DNA from: Burkholderia sp. 4M9327F10
Lineage (GTDB): Bacteria; Pseudomonadota; Gammaproteobacteria; Burkholderiales; Burkholderiaceae
Reading direction: 5' to 3'
DNA: 32,000 bases
Assembly: GCF_005503145.1 (NCBI RefSeq)
Contig: NZ_SCNV01000033.1
Span: 1 to 32,000 of the forward strand
Part shown: one piece after another, positions 7,750 to 15,210 of the stretch
Layout of the letters: every line of letters starts with the position of its first letter
How positions within the stretch are numbered: position 1 is the stretch's first letter
Made by a program: the position numbers and the translations under genes
The notes under the pieces: generated by a model
What the model saw: the letters and a program-made list of their open reading frames with translations, nothing else
Told to the model about the DNA's origin: nothing
Database searches by the model: none

Positions 7750-9153
7750 TCAATATGCGTTGCGGCCGACAAAGCCTTTCACCAAGGTGATCAACACGAT
7801 CTTGATGTCGAACCAGAACGACCAGTTGTGGATATAGAAGAGGTCGAACTTGACGCGCGCCTCCATCTTTTCGACCTTGTGTGTAGCGCCGCGGTAGCCG
7901 TTCACCTGGGCCCAGCCGGTAATGCCCGGCTTGATGCGGTAGCGGTGCATGTAGCCGTACACCAGATCCTTGTAGAGATCGTCGTGCTCGAGCGCATGCG
8001 GGCGCGGTCCCACCACCGACATTTGCCCCATCAGCACGTTGTAGAACTGCGGCAGCTCGTCGAGACTCGTGCGGCGCAGGAAGGCGCCGATCTTCGTCAC
8101 CCGCGCATCGCCCTGGGTCGCCTGGGTGAGCTGGCCGCCGTGTTCCGCATGCACGGTCATCGAGCGAAACTTGTAGATGTTGAAGGTGTGTCCGTCGATG
8201 CCCTTGCGCTTTTGCGCGAAGAACACGGGCCCGCGCGTGGTCGCCTTGATGGCGATGGCGATCGCCACAAATAGCGGCGTCAGCGCCAGCAGCGCTGCGA
8301 GTGCGAACAGGCGGTCGAACACCAGCTTTGGCCACATCTGGGGTGGCGAGATCGGCGTGCCGGTCAGGTTGATGGTCGTGAGACCCATGATGTCGACCAG
8401 CGAATGGCCGAACAGGGTCATGCTGCGCGTATCCGGTATGAAGCGCAGGTTGACGAAATCGTGCTGGAACGTGCGTGTGAAGCGGTAGATGGTGCGCTCT
8501 TCCGAGAGCGGCAGCGCGAGCCACACTTCGTTGATCTGCTCGGCGCGCACCTTGGCGGCGAACGCGTTCAGATCGTTCAGTACCGGCAGGCGGCTCATGC
8601 GCTCACCGGCCTCATGCGGCTCGCCGTCTTCGCCCGGCTCGAACTGGGTCGTGTCGAACACGCACACCGGCTTGAAGCCGGCTTGCGGCACCTGTTCGAG
8701 ATGCGCGAGCAGCATGCGTGCGAAGCCGGGCGAGCCGACCACGGCGACGCTGCGGTAGTTCAGGCCGCGCCGCCGCGCGAGGCGCAGCAGCAGATGGGCG
8801 GCGAGTTTGGTGGCGACGATCAGCACGCCGGAGATCAGCGTCGAATAGCCAAACCACAGGCGCGACATCGCATCCATGCGGTGCAGCGTGAACACCAGCA
8901 GCAGGCCTGTCACCACCACGAAGAACCAGCCTGCGCAGACGCGAGCGAGCATCTCGGGCAGCGACTTGCCGCGCCAGGTCTCGTAGATGCCGAAGACCGG
9001 GAACAGCAGCAGCACCAGCACGCAGTTGAACGCGATCAGGAGCCGCTCGGTATCCGCGAGTGCGCTTGCGGTGTCGAAGCGCATCCAGTGAGCGAGCAGG
9101 GCGCCCGCAATCACGAACAACGCGTCGAGGCAGCGCGCAATATTCCGCAGCAT
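7750..9153 (-). CDS. Priming polyprenyl-phosphate hexose-1-phosphate transferase (WcaJ/WbaP/BceB-type large PGT)
   Basis: 467 aa. N-terminal TM bundle, a central Rossmann-like region (YRSVAVVGSPGFA), and a C-terminal bacterial sugar-transferase domain: KLVFDRLFALAALLALTPLFVAIAIAIK...GPVFFAQKRKGIDGHTFNIYKFRSM...DELPQFYNVLMGQMSVVGPRP. Confidence 0.92.
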   Translation of the reverse strand: MLRNIARCLDALFVIAGALLAHWMRFDTASALADTERLLIAFNCVLVLLLFPVFGIYETWRGKSLPEMLARVCAGWFFVVVTGLLLVFTLHRMDAMSRLWFGYSTLISGVLIVATKLAAHLLLRLARRRGLNYRSVAVVGSPGFARMLLAHLEQVPQAGFKPVCVFDTTQFEPGEDGEPHEAGERMSRLPVLNDLNAFAAKVRAEQINEVWLALPLSEERTIYRFTRTFQHDFVNLRFIPDTRSMTLFGHSLVDIMGLTTINLTGTPISPPQMWPKLVFDRLFALAALLALTPLFVAIAIAIKATTRGPVFFAQKRKGIDGHTFNIYKFRSMTVHAEHGGQLTQATQGDARVTKIGAFLRRTSLDELPQFYNVLMGQMSVVGPRPHALEHDDLYKDLVYGYMHRYRIKPGITGWAQVNGYRGATHKVEKMEARVKFDLFYIHNWSFWFDIKIVLITLVKGFVGRNAY

Positions 9154-9182
9154 GGTGTCAGTACCCTGGAGGCCGGCGTGGT

Positions 9183-9917
9183 TCAGCTAACGGCTTCGGC
9201 CTGATGCAGCCGCGGCAGCAAGCGGTCGAATTCACGCTTGACGAGGCCGTAGCACTCGCATGCACGCGCTTCCAGACCCTCGCGGTCAAGCACCTTGATG
9301 TGGCCGCGGCTGTGATGGATCAGGCCTTCGTCGTGCAGCTTGCCGGCCGCTTCCGTGATGCCCTCGCGGCGCACCCCGAGCATGTCGGCGATCAGTTGCT
9401 GCGTGACGGTCAGCTCGTTCGAGGCGACCCGGTCCACTTCGATCAGCAGCCACCGGCACAGTTGCTTGTTGAGCGAGTGATGGCGGTTGCACGCGGCGGT
9501 CTGGGCGACCTGGGTGAGCAGTGCGTGCATGTACAGCATCATCAGGCGGCGCAGCAGGTCGGAGCGCAGGAACTGCTGCTTCAGGCACTGCGAGGTCATG
9601 CGGTAGGCGAAGCCGGCGCTTTGCACCTGCACGCGGTTCGGCATGGTTTCGCCGCCGGTCAGGACCGGCACGCCGGTCATGCCCTCGCGGCCGACTGCGG
9701 CGATCTCGACCGAGCTGCCGTCTTCCATCGTCGACAGCATGGAGATAATCGCGGTGGTCGGAAAGTAGACGTGATGGATGCGTTGTCCGGAGTCGCACAG
9801 GAGCTGTTCGGTGCGCAGATGGACGAGTTCGAGATGAGGGGCGAGTGCTTGCCACTCATGCGATGGCAGTGCGCCGAGCAAATGATTGCCGTGCAGATCG
9901 GATTGGAGCGTTAACAT
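9183..9917 (-). CDS. Crp/Fnr-family transcriptional regulator (cNMP-binding-like domain plus C-terminal HTH)
   Basis: ATG at 9917 with GAGGA 6 nt upstream; the longer GTG start at 9932 is less likely. Beta-roll region HHVYFPTTAIISMLSTMEDGSSVEIAAVGREGMTGV. HTH region TQQLIADMLGVRREGITEAAGKLHDEGLI. There is no N-terminal Cys cluster, so it is not an Fe-S FNR. It is the first gene of the export operon. Confidence 0.88.
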   Translation of the reverse strand: MLTLQSDLHGNHLLGALPSHEWQALAPHLELVHLRTEQLLCDSGQRIHHVYFPTTAIISMLSTMEDGSSVEIAAVGREGMTGVPVLTGGETMPNRVQVQSAGFAYRMTSQCLKQQFLRSDLLRRLMMLYMHALLTQVAQTAACNRHHSLNKQLCRWLLIEVDRVASNELTVTQQLIADMLGVRREGITEAAGKLHDEGLIHHSRGHIKVLDREGLEARACECYGLVKREFDRLLPRLHQAEAVS

Positions 9918-10419
9918 GATCGGTCCTCGCACGAAGCCGCTGATGCGGCTCGTTGGTCTTTTTACCCGTCGCTGCGTCCCTTGTGTATGCCGCCTGGCGA
10001 GCGGCTATGGACAAGCAGTGCGGGCCCCGTATGGCCTTTTTGCGCCGTCGGTTGTAGGGGTTGTTGGCGTCGGCGCCAGTGCTGCGCTTCTCACTTAGCG
10101 AGGACTGTGCCAAGGCGGTCGAAAGCAAGCACTGGTGCGGCGCAGCGAAGTATGGGATGGCGCGTTACGAGGCAAAACATGCATTTTTGTTTCATTTCTG
10201 CACGACGCCACATGGCTGCCCGGCGTTCCACACGGGCCACGCGAATTAATGCAAGTTATTGATCGGATGGGGTTAACCGCCGTTGACAGAGATTTTGGAT
10301 GAGGTATTTGCGGTTTGAAACGCAAGCTGTATAGCCGCTTGGCGCGCGTGTCCGGGATGACTCAGATTTGATTCATATGTGTTCAACAGGTTAGGTGGGC
10401 TGGCGCACGGAACAGCTTT

Positions 10420-10433
10420 TTGACAACTGTCAA
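10420..10433. promoter_or_regulatory. Perfect Crp/Fnr-type palindrome TTGAC-AACT-GTCAA (TTGA-N6-TCAA core)
   Basis: Read directly: TTGACAACTGTCAA at 10420-10433, with flanking T/A runs that partly extend the dyad. It is the only such box I found in the window's intergenic regions. Confidence 0.45.
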
Positions 10434-10437
10434 AGCG

Positions 10438-10471
10438 GCTTGCGAGGCGTACAGGAAGCGCCTGGGCAAGC
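10438..10471 (-). terminator. Candidate stem-loop downstream of the GH2 gene
   Basis: GCTTGCGAGGCG (10438-10449) pairs with CGCCT..GCAAGC (10459-10471), giving 5+6 bp with an internal mismatch. On the - strand it is followed only by a short TTT. Confidence 0.3.
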
Positions 10472-10522
10472 AGGCGGAAGTGCCGGACGTTGGGCGCGTG
10501 ACGGGGAAACGGCGGGTGGGGT

Positions 10523-13228
10523 TTAGCCGTAGAAGACCGGCATGCTGTGGTTGATCGCGCGGACTTCGCCGGCGGGTGCAGTGCGCTTTTCGTCGACGCT
10601 CATCGGTAGCAACGCGATCGTGCGCGACTCGCCGGGCGGCAGATGAAACCAGTTGTCGGCCGCGCGATAGTGCAGATCTGCAACGTTCACAAAACGCGAA
10701 AAGCGCTGTGCTTCGATCACCAGTTGCCAGCCATCGCAAGTGGCTTCGAGCGTCGCGCTGAGACCGGTGTCGCCGCGTTCGGCAACCCGCCGCTCCGGCA
10801 GATGAAAGGCCTGCGAACGAATCTGGCCGCTGCCCGCATCGCGCAGCGTGGCAATCGTCACATCGTGGGCCCGCGGGCCGAAACGATACGCATAAGTGAA
10901 ATCGAAGAACTGGCCGAGCACGTCCGCCGCGGCGAGGCGCCGGGTGCTGCGCGGGGCGAGTTCGAGCGCGATGGTTGCTGTTGCAACCTTTACGGCGCCG
11001 TCACGCAGACAGACCAGTTCAAGTTGCACAGGCAAGCTTTCGGCGGTCTCGTTGATGAGGTGCAGATCGAGGCCGTTGAGGCCCTCGTCGGTGATGACCA
11101 CCTGCACCGGGCGCCATGCCTGCGCGAGGGCGTGCCATGCGCTCTTGGGACGGCCGCTCGAGTCGACGATGCCCCAGCCGGCCCCGGGGCGCAGATCCTG
11201 AAACTGCCAGACCAGCCCGCCGCCGCACGGCGATCCGGCGCGGCGCCATTCGGCGAATACGTCCGTCATCAGCTCGGCCACCACGGCGCGCGAAAGCTCC
11301 AGGTAGCGCGGCGGATCTTCGTAACGCAGGCGGGCGGGATCGACGCCGTAGAGCGTGCTCAGGTAGTGTTCGCGGACGTCGTCGAAGTCCCAGCCGGCGC
11401 CCGGATCGCGCGGCACGGCGGCCTTCCAGCGCGGGTCGTGAACATGACTGGTACCAAGGTCGCGATGCAGCGAGGCGTCGTCCGGTACGTTGGCGAAGGC
11501 GAGGCATTCCGCCGCGAAGCGGACTTCGGCGCGCCGCACGTCGTCGAGCGGGCGCTGATAGGCGCCGACGCCGTAATAGTGGGTGATGCCGGTGCGGGTC
11601 GAAAACGGCCAGGCGCCGCCGCCCGGCGAATGGCTCACATAGTGAACATCCGGCCGCTCCTCGGCGGCGAGGGCCGGCAGGCATTCCGTGAAAAGTGGTT
11701 GTGCACGCATCGAAGGCGGCAGGCCGAGCATTGCCGCCTGCTGATCGATTTCGCTGCCGCCGCATAGCACGGCAAGCGCGGCAAAGCGGCGGGTGCGCGC
11801 GAGAAACTGGTGGGCCTCGCGGCGCACCGAGTCGATAAACGCCGCGTCGTTCGGGTAGTCGAAATTCGCAAAAGCGAAATCCTGCCAGATAAGGATTCCG
11901 TAGCGGTCGGCGAGCGCATAGAAGCGATCCGCTTCGTACACCATGGTGCCGCCCACGCGCAGCATGTTCAGGCCGGCATCGCGCGCGAGGGCAAATGCGT
12001 GTTCGAGCTGCTGCGCGGTGCCGGCGAGCGTGACGAGATCGGCGCTGGTCCAGCAGGCGCCGCGGCAGAACACGCGCACGCCGTTCACGCGCAAGGCGAA
12101 ACCTTCGCCGTCCGCGCCGCGGTCGACCTCGATGCTTCTGAAGCCCACCTCGCCGAGTTCAAAGCGTTCGCCGTCCAGTTCGAGGCAGACAGAATGTAGT
12201 GTGGGCGCGCCATGGGTATGCGGCCACCAGCGCTCGGCATGTGGCACACGCAGCTCGCCCGTGAGCGTGTAAGCATCGCTCCACACAAGAGCAGACGAAT
12301 GAAGCGTGCCGCAATGCAAGGTGGCTGGGGTTGCCGGGGTTGCAGTCACGTCTGCGCCATCCGGCACGGCGCCGCTCTGCGGGTGAAGGAAACGCAGCGT
12401 CAGCGACACGACGCCGTCGTCGCCGTCCACGCGGCTCGCGAGGTCGACCCGGTCGAAGGCCGCTGGGGCGTCGCCGAGCAGCTCGATCGGGCGCCACGGC
12501 CCGACCGCCTGGAGTGGCGGGCACCAGCCGGGCATGTGTCCGAGCAGGGTGGTGCGGACGTTGCGCAAGCCCGGCGGCGAGACGAGGCGAGGGCGCCAGC
12601 GGGCCCGCGAGCGGCGCGCGGCGAGCAGCGGCGCGAGCGAGCGGAAGCATAGGGCGAGCGTGGCCGTGCCGTTCAGTTCGAAGTCGAGATCGTGGGCGAC
12701 GAACATCGAATCCGAATCCAGCCGCTTGACGCCGTCGAGCCACACCTCGGAGAGGGTCGCGAGACCGTGCAGACGCAAGCGTTGCGGACCGTGCCCGGTG
12801 AGCGTGAGCCGGTACCAGTGATCGTCGAAGGCAAACGCCGGCGGATGGTCCGCATCGAGCCGGCCCGCGGCCCGCCACGCGGCGGCGACCGTTCCCGGCA
12901 CCTGAGCGGCGAGCCAGCCGTCGGCGGGCCAGTCGGCAGGCGACGCGCACGCGTCCGGGGACGTGCTCAGGCATTGCCAGCCGAGCTCGAGGGGACGCGG
13001 CCAGACCGTAGCCGCGGGGAGCGCGGACTCGCAGGCGCACACGGACTCGCACGCGGATTCGCACACGAGCGCACCCTGTGCCGCCGTTTCGCGCACCCGT
13101 TCAGGCGGGCTGATGGGCAAGGCGCGCACAGGGAGTCCGGTTGGTTGACGTATCAGAACGCGAGCGCGGCGAGCGGCGGCAAGGTCTCGTCGTACGCGCG
13201 CTCCAGCACGTCGAAGCAGTCGCTGCAC
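10523..13228 (-). CDS. Glycoside hydrolase family 2 (beta-mannosidase-like)
   Basis: Matches GH2 beta-mannosidase-type architecture: LELGWQC...GTVAAAW, VFCRGACWTSADL, MLRVGGTMVYEADRFYALADRYGILIWQDFAFANFDYP. The candidate acid/base region is LCGGSE and the candidate nucleophile region is FAAECLAFANVP. No obvious signal peptide. The start is uncertain: the ATG at 13228 overlaps the DUF1839 gene by 76 nt, and in-frame GTGs at 13129, 13096, 13066 and 13042 are alternatives. Confidence 0.85.
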   Translation of the reverse strand: MQRLLRRAGARVRRDLAAARRARVLIRQPTGLPVRALPISPPERVRETAAQGALVCESACESVCACESALPAATVWPRPLELGWQCLSTSPDACASPADWPADGWLAAQVPGTVAAAWRAAGRLDADHPPAFAFDDHWYRLTLTGHGPQRLRLHGLATLSEVWLDGVKRLDSDSMFVAHDLDFELNGTATLALCFRSLAPLLAARRSRARWRPRLVSPPGLRNVRTTLLGHMPGWCPPLQAVGPWRPIELLGDAPAAFDRVDLASRVDGDDGVVSLTLRFLHPQSGAVPDGADVTATPATPATLHCGTLHSSALVWSDAYTLTGELRVPHAERWWPHTHGAPTLHSVCLELDGERFELGEVGFRSIEVDRGADGEGFALRVNGVRVFCRGACWTSADLVTLAGTAQQLEHAFALARDAGLNMLRVGGTMVYEADRFYALADRYGILIWQDFAFANFDYPNDAAFIDSVRREAHQFLARTRRFAALAVLCGGSEIDQQAAMLGLPPSMRAQPLFTECLPALAAEERPDVHYVSHSPGGGAWPFSTRTGITHYYGVGAYQRPLDDVRRAEVRFAAECLAFANVPDDASLHRDLGTSHVHDPRWKAAVPRDPGAGWDFDDVREHYLSTLYGVDPARLRYEDPPRYLELSRAVVAELMTDVFAEWRRAGSPCGGGLVWQFQDLRPGAGWGIVDSSGRPKSAWHALAQAWRPVQVVITDEGLNGLDLHLINETAESLPVQLELVCLRDGAVKVATATIALELAPRSTRRLAAADVLGQFFDFTYAYRFGPRAHDVTIATLRDAGSGQIRSQAFHLPERRVAERGDTGLSATLEATCDGWQLVIEAQRFSRFVNVADLHYRAADNWFHLPPGESRTIALLPMSVDEKRTAPAGEVRAINHSMPVFYG
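13021..13075. repeat. Imperfect tandem 12-nt repeat (..GGAYTCGCA..), about 4 copies
   Basis: GGACTCGCA at 13025-13033 and 13043-13051, GGATTCGCA at 13055-13063, and a degenerate copy at 13066-13073. In the GH2 frame it encodes CESACESVCACES. Confidence 0.7.
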
Positions 13229-14169
13229 AGGTCGTGCCGCCCGCGTGCCATGGCCCGCACGAGACGGAACTGCATCACCATCGACTCCGAGGCGATCTTC
13301 TGCGCCGCGGCCGGAATCTGTGCGGGAATCTCAAAGCCTTGCACGGACAGCCACACCAGGTACTTCGAGAGAAACTCGAAGTTCGCGCCCAGTTGCCGCA
13401 TCAGGTTGAAGGAGTACAGATGGAAGAAGCCCTCGCCGCGTTCAAGCAGGGTCTCGAGCTGCTGCGGAAACTCGGCGCGCCACTGCGTGATCGGATTGCG
13501 CAGCGGGCGTCGGGCCAGATGGGTGCATAGCAGCTCCGCCGACGCCTCGGCGAGCGCGGTGCCTTGCAGCGCCGGGCGCACCTGTTTGGCGAACTCCACG
13601 TAGGGAAACAGCAGATCGGCCTGCCCCGTGAACTTCGGGAGCTTGCGAAACACGCCCTGGTAGTCTTCACCGTCCAGCACGTGATAGCCGGTGTTGTGGA
13701 AGTAGCCGAGACGCCGCGCGACGGGATCGATAAAGTCGATGCCGACCGTGGTTTTCGGATGCTCGCGGCGGTACGAGGTGGCGCGCGTGTTCGGCAGGTA
13801 GTAGCCGTCCACCTCGACCAGCACCGTATGGCCGCGCAGCGTTTGCGCCAGCACCCGCTCTTCCAGCGAATCGTAGATCGCCAGCTCCTGCACCTGGGTG
13901 CCGTAGAGCCGTTCGAGATCCTCGAGCGGGAATTTGAAGAACGTGAACTGGTCGCCCTCGAAGTCCTGCGTCGCGGTGAACGCGAAGGCGGCGCGCGGAT
14001 CGAGCCCGAAGCCGTGCAGCAGTTCGATCCACAGGTCCACGTAGCAGTTGGTCTCCTGCCAGACCCGGTCGCCCTGGTGCAGCGCATGCGGCACGTGGGA
14101 GCGCATCGGGCTGGCGGGGCCGGGTGCGCGAAGGGTGCCGTTGAGCGAGGTCGTCAGCGGGGGCGTCAT
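13153..14169 (-). CDS. DUF1839-like protein of unknown function
   Basis: Its ATG (14169-14167) overlaps the ligase TGA (14168-14166) as ATGA. The sequence HALHQGDRVWQETNCYVDLWIELLHGFGLDPRAAFAFT...DQFTFFKFPLEDLERLYG...VEVDGYYLP matches my memory of the DUF1839 family, but this needs HMM confirmation. An alternative start is the Met at 14106. Confidence 0.75.
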   Translation of the reverse strand: MTPPLTTSLNGTLRAPGPASPMRSHVPHALHQGDRVWQETNCYVDLWIELLHGFGLDPRAAFAFTATQDFEGDQFTFFKFPLEDLERLYGTQVQELAIYDSLEERVLAQTLRGHTVLVEVDGYYLPNTRATSYRREHPKTTVGIDFIDPVARRLGYFHNTGYHVLDGEDYQGVFRKLPKFTGQADLLFPYVEFAKQVRPALQGTALAEASAELLCTHLARRPLRNPITQWRAEFPQQLETLLERGEGFFHLYSFNLMRQLGANFEFLSKYLVWLSVQGFEIPAQIPAAAQKIASESMVMQFRLVRAMARGRHDLCSDCFDVLERAYDETLPPLAALAF

Positions 14170-15209
14170 GCGGCGCCTCCTGCGAGGCCCTGAGCGACGC
14201 GTGCCCTGGTATCGCCCCACAGCAGCGCCCGCACGTCGTCCGGCCAGACGTTGACGTCGAGACCGTGATGGCGGAACAGCGCGAGCGTGATGCGTTCCAT
14301 GCCGAAGCCGACGCAGCCGGTATGTGCGACCGAGCCATCTGCGCATTCGATCTTCCAGATCGCGCCGAAGTGATCCATGTGATAGTTGAACGACAGGCAG
14401 GCAGTCTTGCCGTCGGCGTTGGCGACCGGGATCAGCAACTCGAACTTGAGTGCCTGGGCGCGCTGGCTATCCGCGACGATCTTGCCGCCGCGGCCGAAGA
14501 ACGGGTCGTTGGCGAGGTCGACGTCGACCGGCAACTGCAGCATCGTCACGAGCGCCGAGCCGCGCTCGATCCACATCTGCCGGAACGCCATCACCTGTTC
14601 GGCATTGCCGAGGCGCACATATTCGCGCTGGCGGAACATCTGCATGCGCGCCGGATCGAGCGAGGGTTCGTGGCGAAAGCAATACGACAGCACGTCGATC
14701 GTGCGGCCTTCGGCGGGCAGCGGGCCGCGCCGCGCCATCACCGGATAGATCGGGTAGCAGGCGGCCGGCGTCAGCACCACCCGGGTGGGTTGCTGCTGCG
14801 CCATCCATGCGTCGCTGCGCTCGTCGTCGCGCTCGCTCATCGCATCGTCGAGCGCGCGCAACAGGCGCTGGTGGCCCATGTCGTTGCCGCAGAACGAATG
14901 GATCGTGCCGGCGAGGTTGGGAAAGCTCTTCAGGTATTCGCTGTCCTCGAAGTCGGTGCGGCGCATCGCGGGCGGAAAGCGCAGCACTTCCGGCTGCTGG
15001 TCGGCGCCCAGATGGGTGATGGCCACATTCAGGCGCTCGACCACGTCTTCGAACACCTGGCTGCGGCCGTACAGGCCGTTTTCGCCGGTATCGATCAGGA
15101 TGCCCTTCGCCAGCAGTTCATCGCGAAAGCCCGGCGCGGCGTTGCTCCCGGAGTCGGCTTGTGCTGCCTGCGCGGCGGCAAGGGCGGCGGTGTCGGTCAT
15201 CGTGTTCAT
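14166..15209 (-). CDS. Amino acid:[carrier protein] ligase, a truncated class II (methanogenic-type SerRS-like) aminoacyl-tRNA-synthetase homolog without a tRNA-binding domain
   Basis: 347 aa. Class II motif 2 is SYCFRHEPSLDPARMQMFRQREYVRLG and motif 3 is GCVGFGMERITLALFRH. Cys151, Glu181 and Cys299 sit where methanogenic-type SerRS places its Zn ligands. It is too short to carry the SerRS N-terminal coiled-coil tRNA-binding arm. Confidence 0.85.
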   Translation of the reverse strand: MNTMTDTAALAAAQAAQADSGSNAAPGFRDELLAKGILIDTGENGLYGRSQVFEDVVERLNVAITHLGADQQPEVLRFPPAMRRTDFEDSEYLKSFPNLAGTIHSFCGNDMGHQRLLRALDDAMSERDDERSDAWMAQQQPTRVVLTPAACYPIYPVMARRGPLPAEGRTIDVLSYCFRHEPSLDPARMQMFRQREYVRLGNAEQVMAFRQMWIERGSALVTMLQLPVDVDLANDPFFGRGGKIVADSQRAQALKFELLIPVANADGKTACLSFNYHMDHFGAIWKIECADGSVAHTGCVGFGMERITLALFRHHGLDVNVWPDDVRALLWGDTRARVAQGLAGGAA

Positions 15210-15210
15210 G

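Larger units (their letters stand above)
9918..10522 (-). promoter_or_regulatory. About 600-bp intergenic/leader region upstream of the crp-like gene and export operon; visibly lower GC
   Basis: No convincing ORF. AT-richer patches lie near 10170-10210 and 10240-10400. I could not assign a confident -35/-10 pair. Confidence 0.5.

Noticed and set aside
9183-9917. Possibility that the Crp/Fnr-family protein is an oxygen-sensing FNR.
   Set aside because: The N-terminus (MLTLQSDLHGNHLLGALPSHEW...) lacks the Cys cluster needed for a 4Fe-4S centre.
9935-9950. Small hairpin AGCCGC-TGAT-GCGGCT just upstream of the crp-like start codon.
   Set aside because: The stem is only 6 bp and it overlaps the alternative GTG start region. 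It is insufficient to call a riboswitch or attenuator and is noted only as possible 5' UTR structure.
10205-10240. Sigma-54-like element (TGGAAC...GC on the - strand, in the region reading ...cgtgtggaacgccgggcagcc...).
   Set aside because: The spacing and the -12 element do not fit TGGCAC-N5-TTGC. No enhancer-binding-protein gene is in the window.
10061-10325. Small ORFs in the crp-upstream intergenic region (62 aa on + at 10061-10249; 76 aa on - at 10095-10325).
   Set aside because: No ribosome-binding site, no GC3 bias, mutually overlapping, and no recognisable motif. They are more likely chance ORFs in a regulatory leader. A small protein or sRNA cannot be excluded without expression data.
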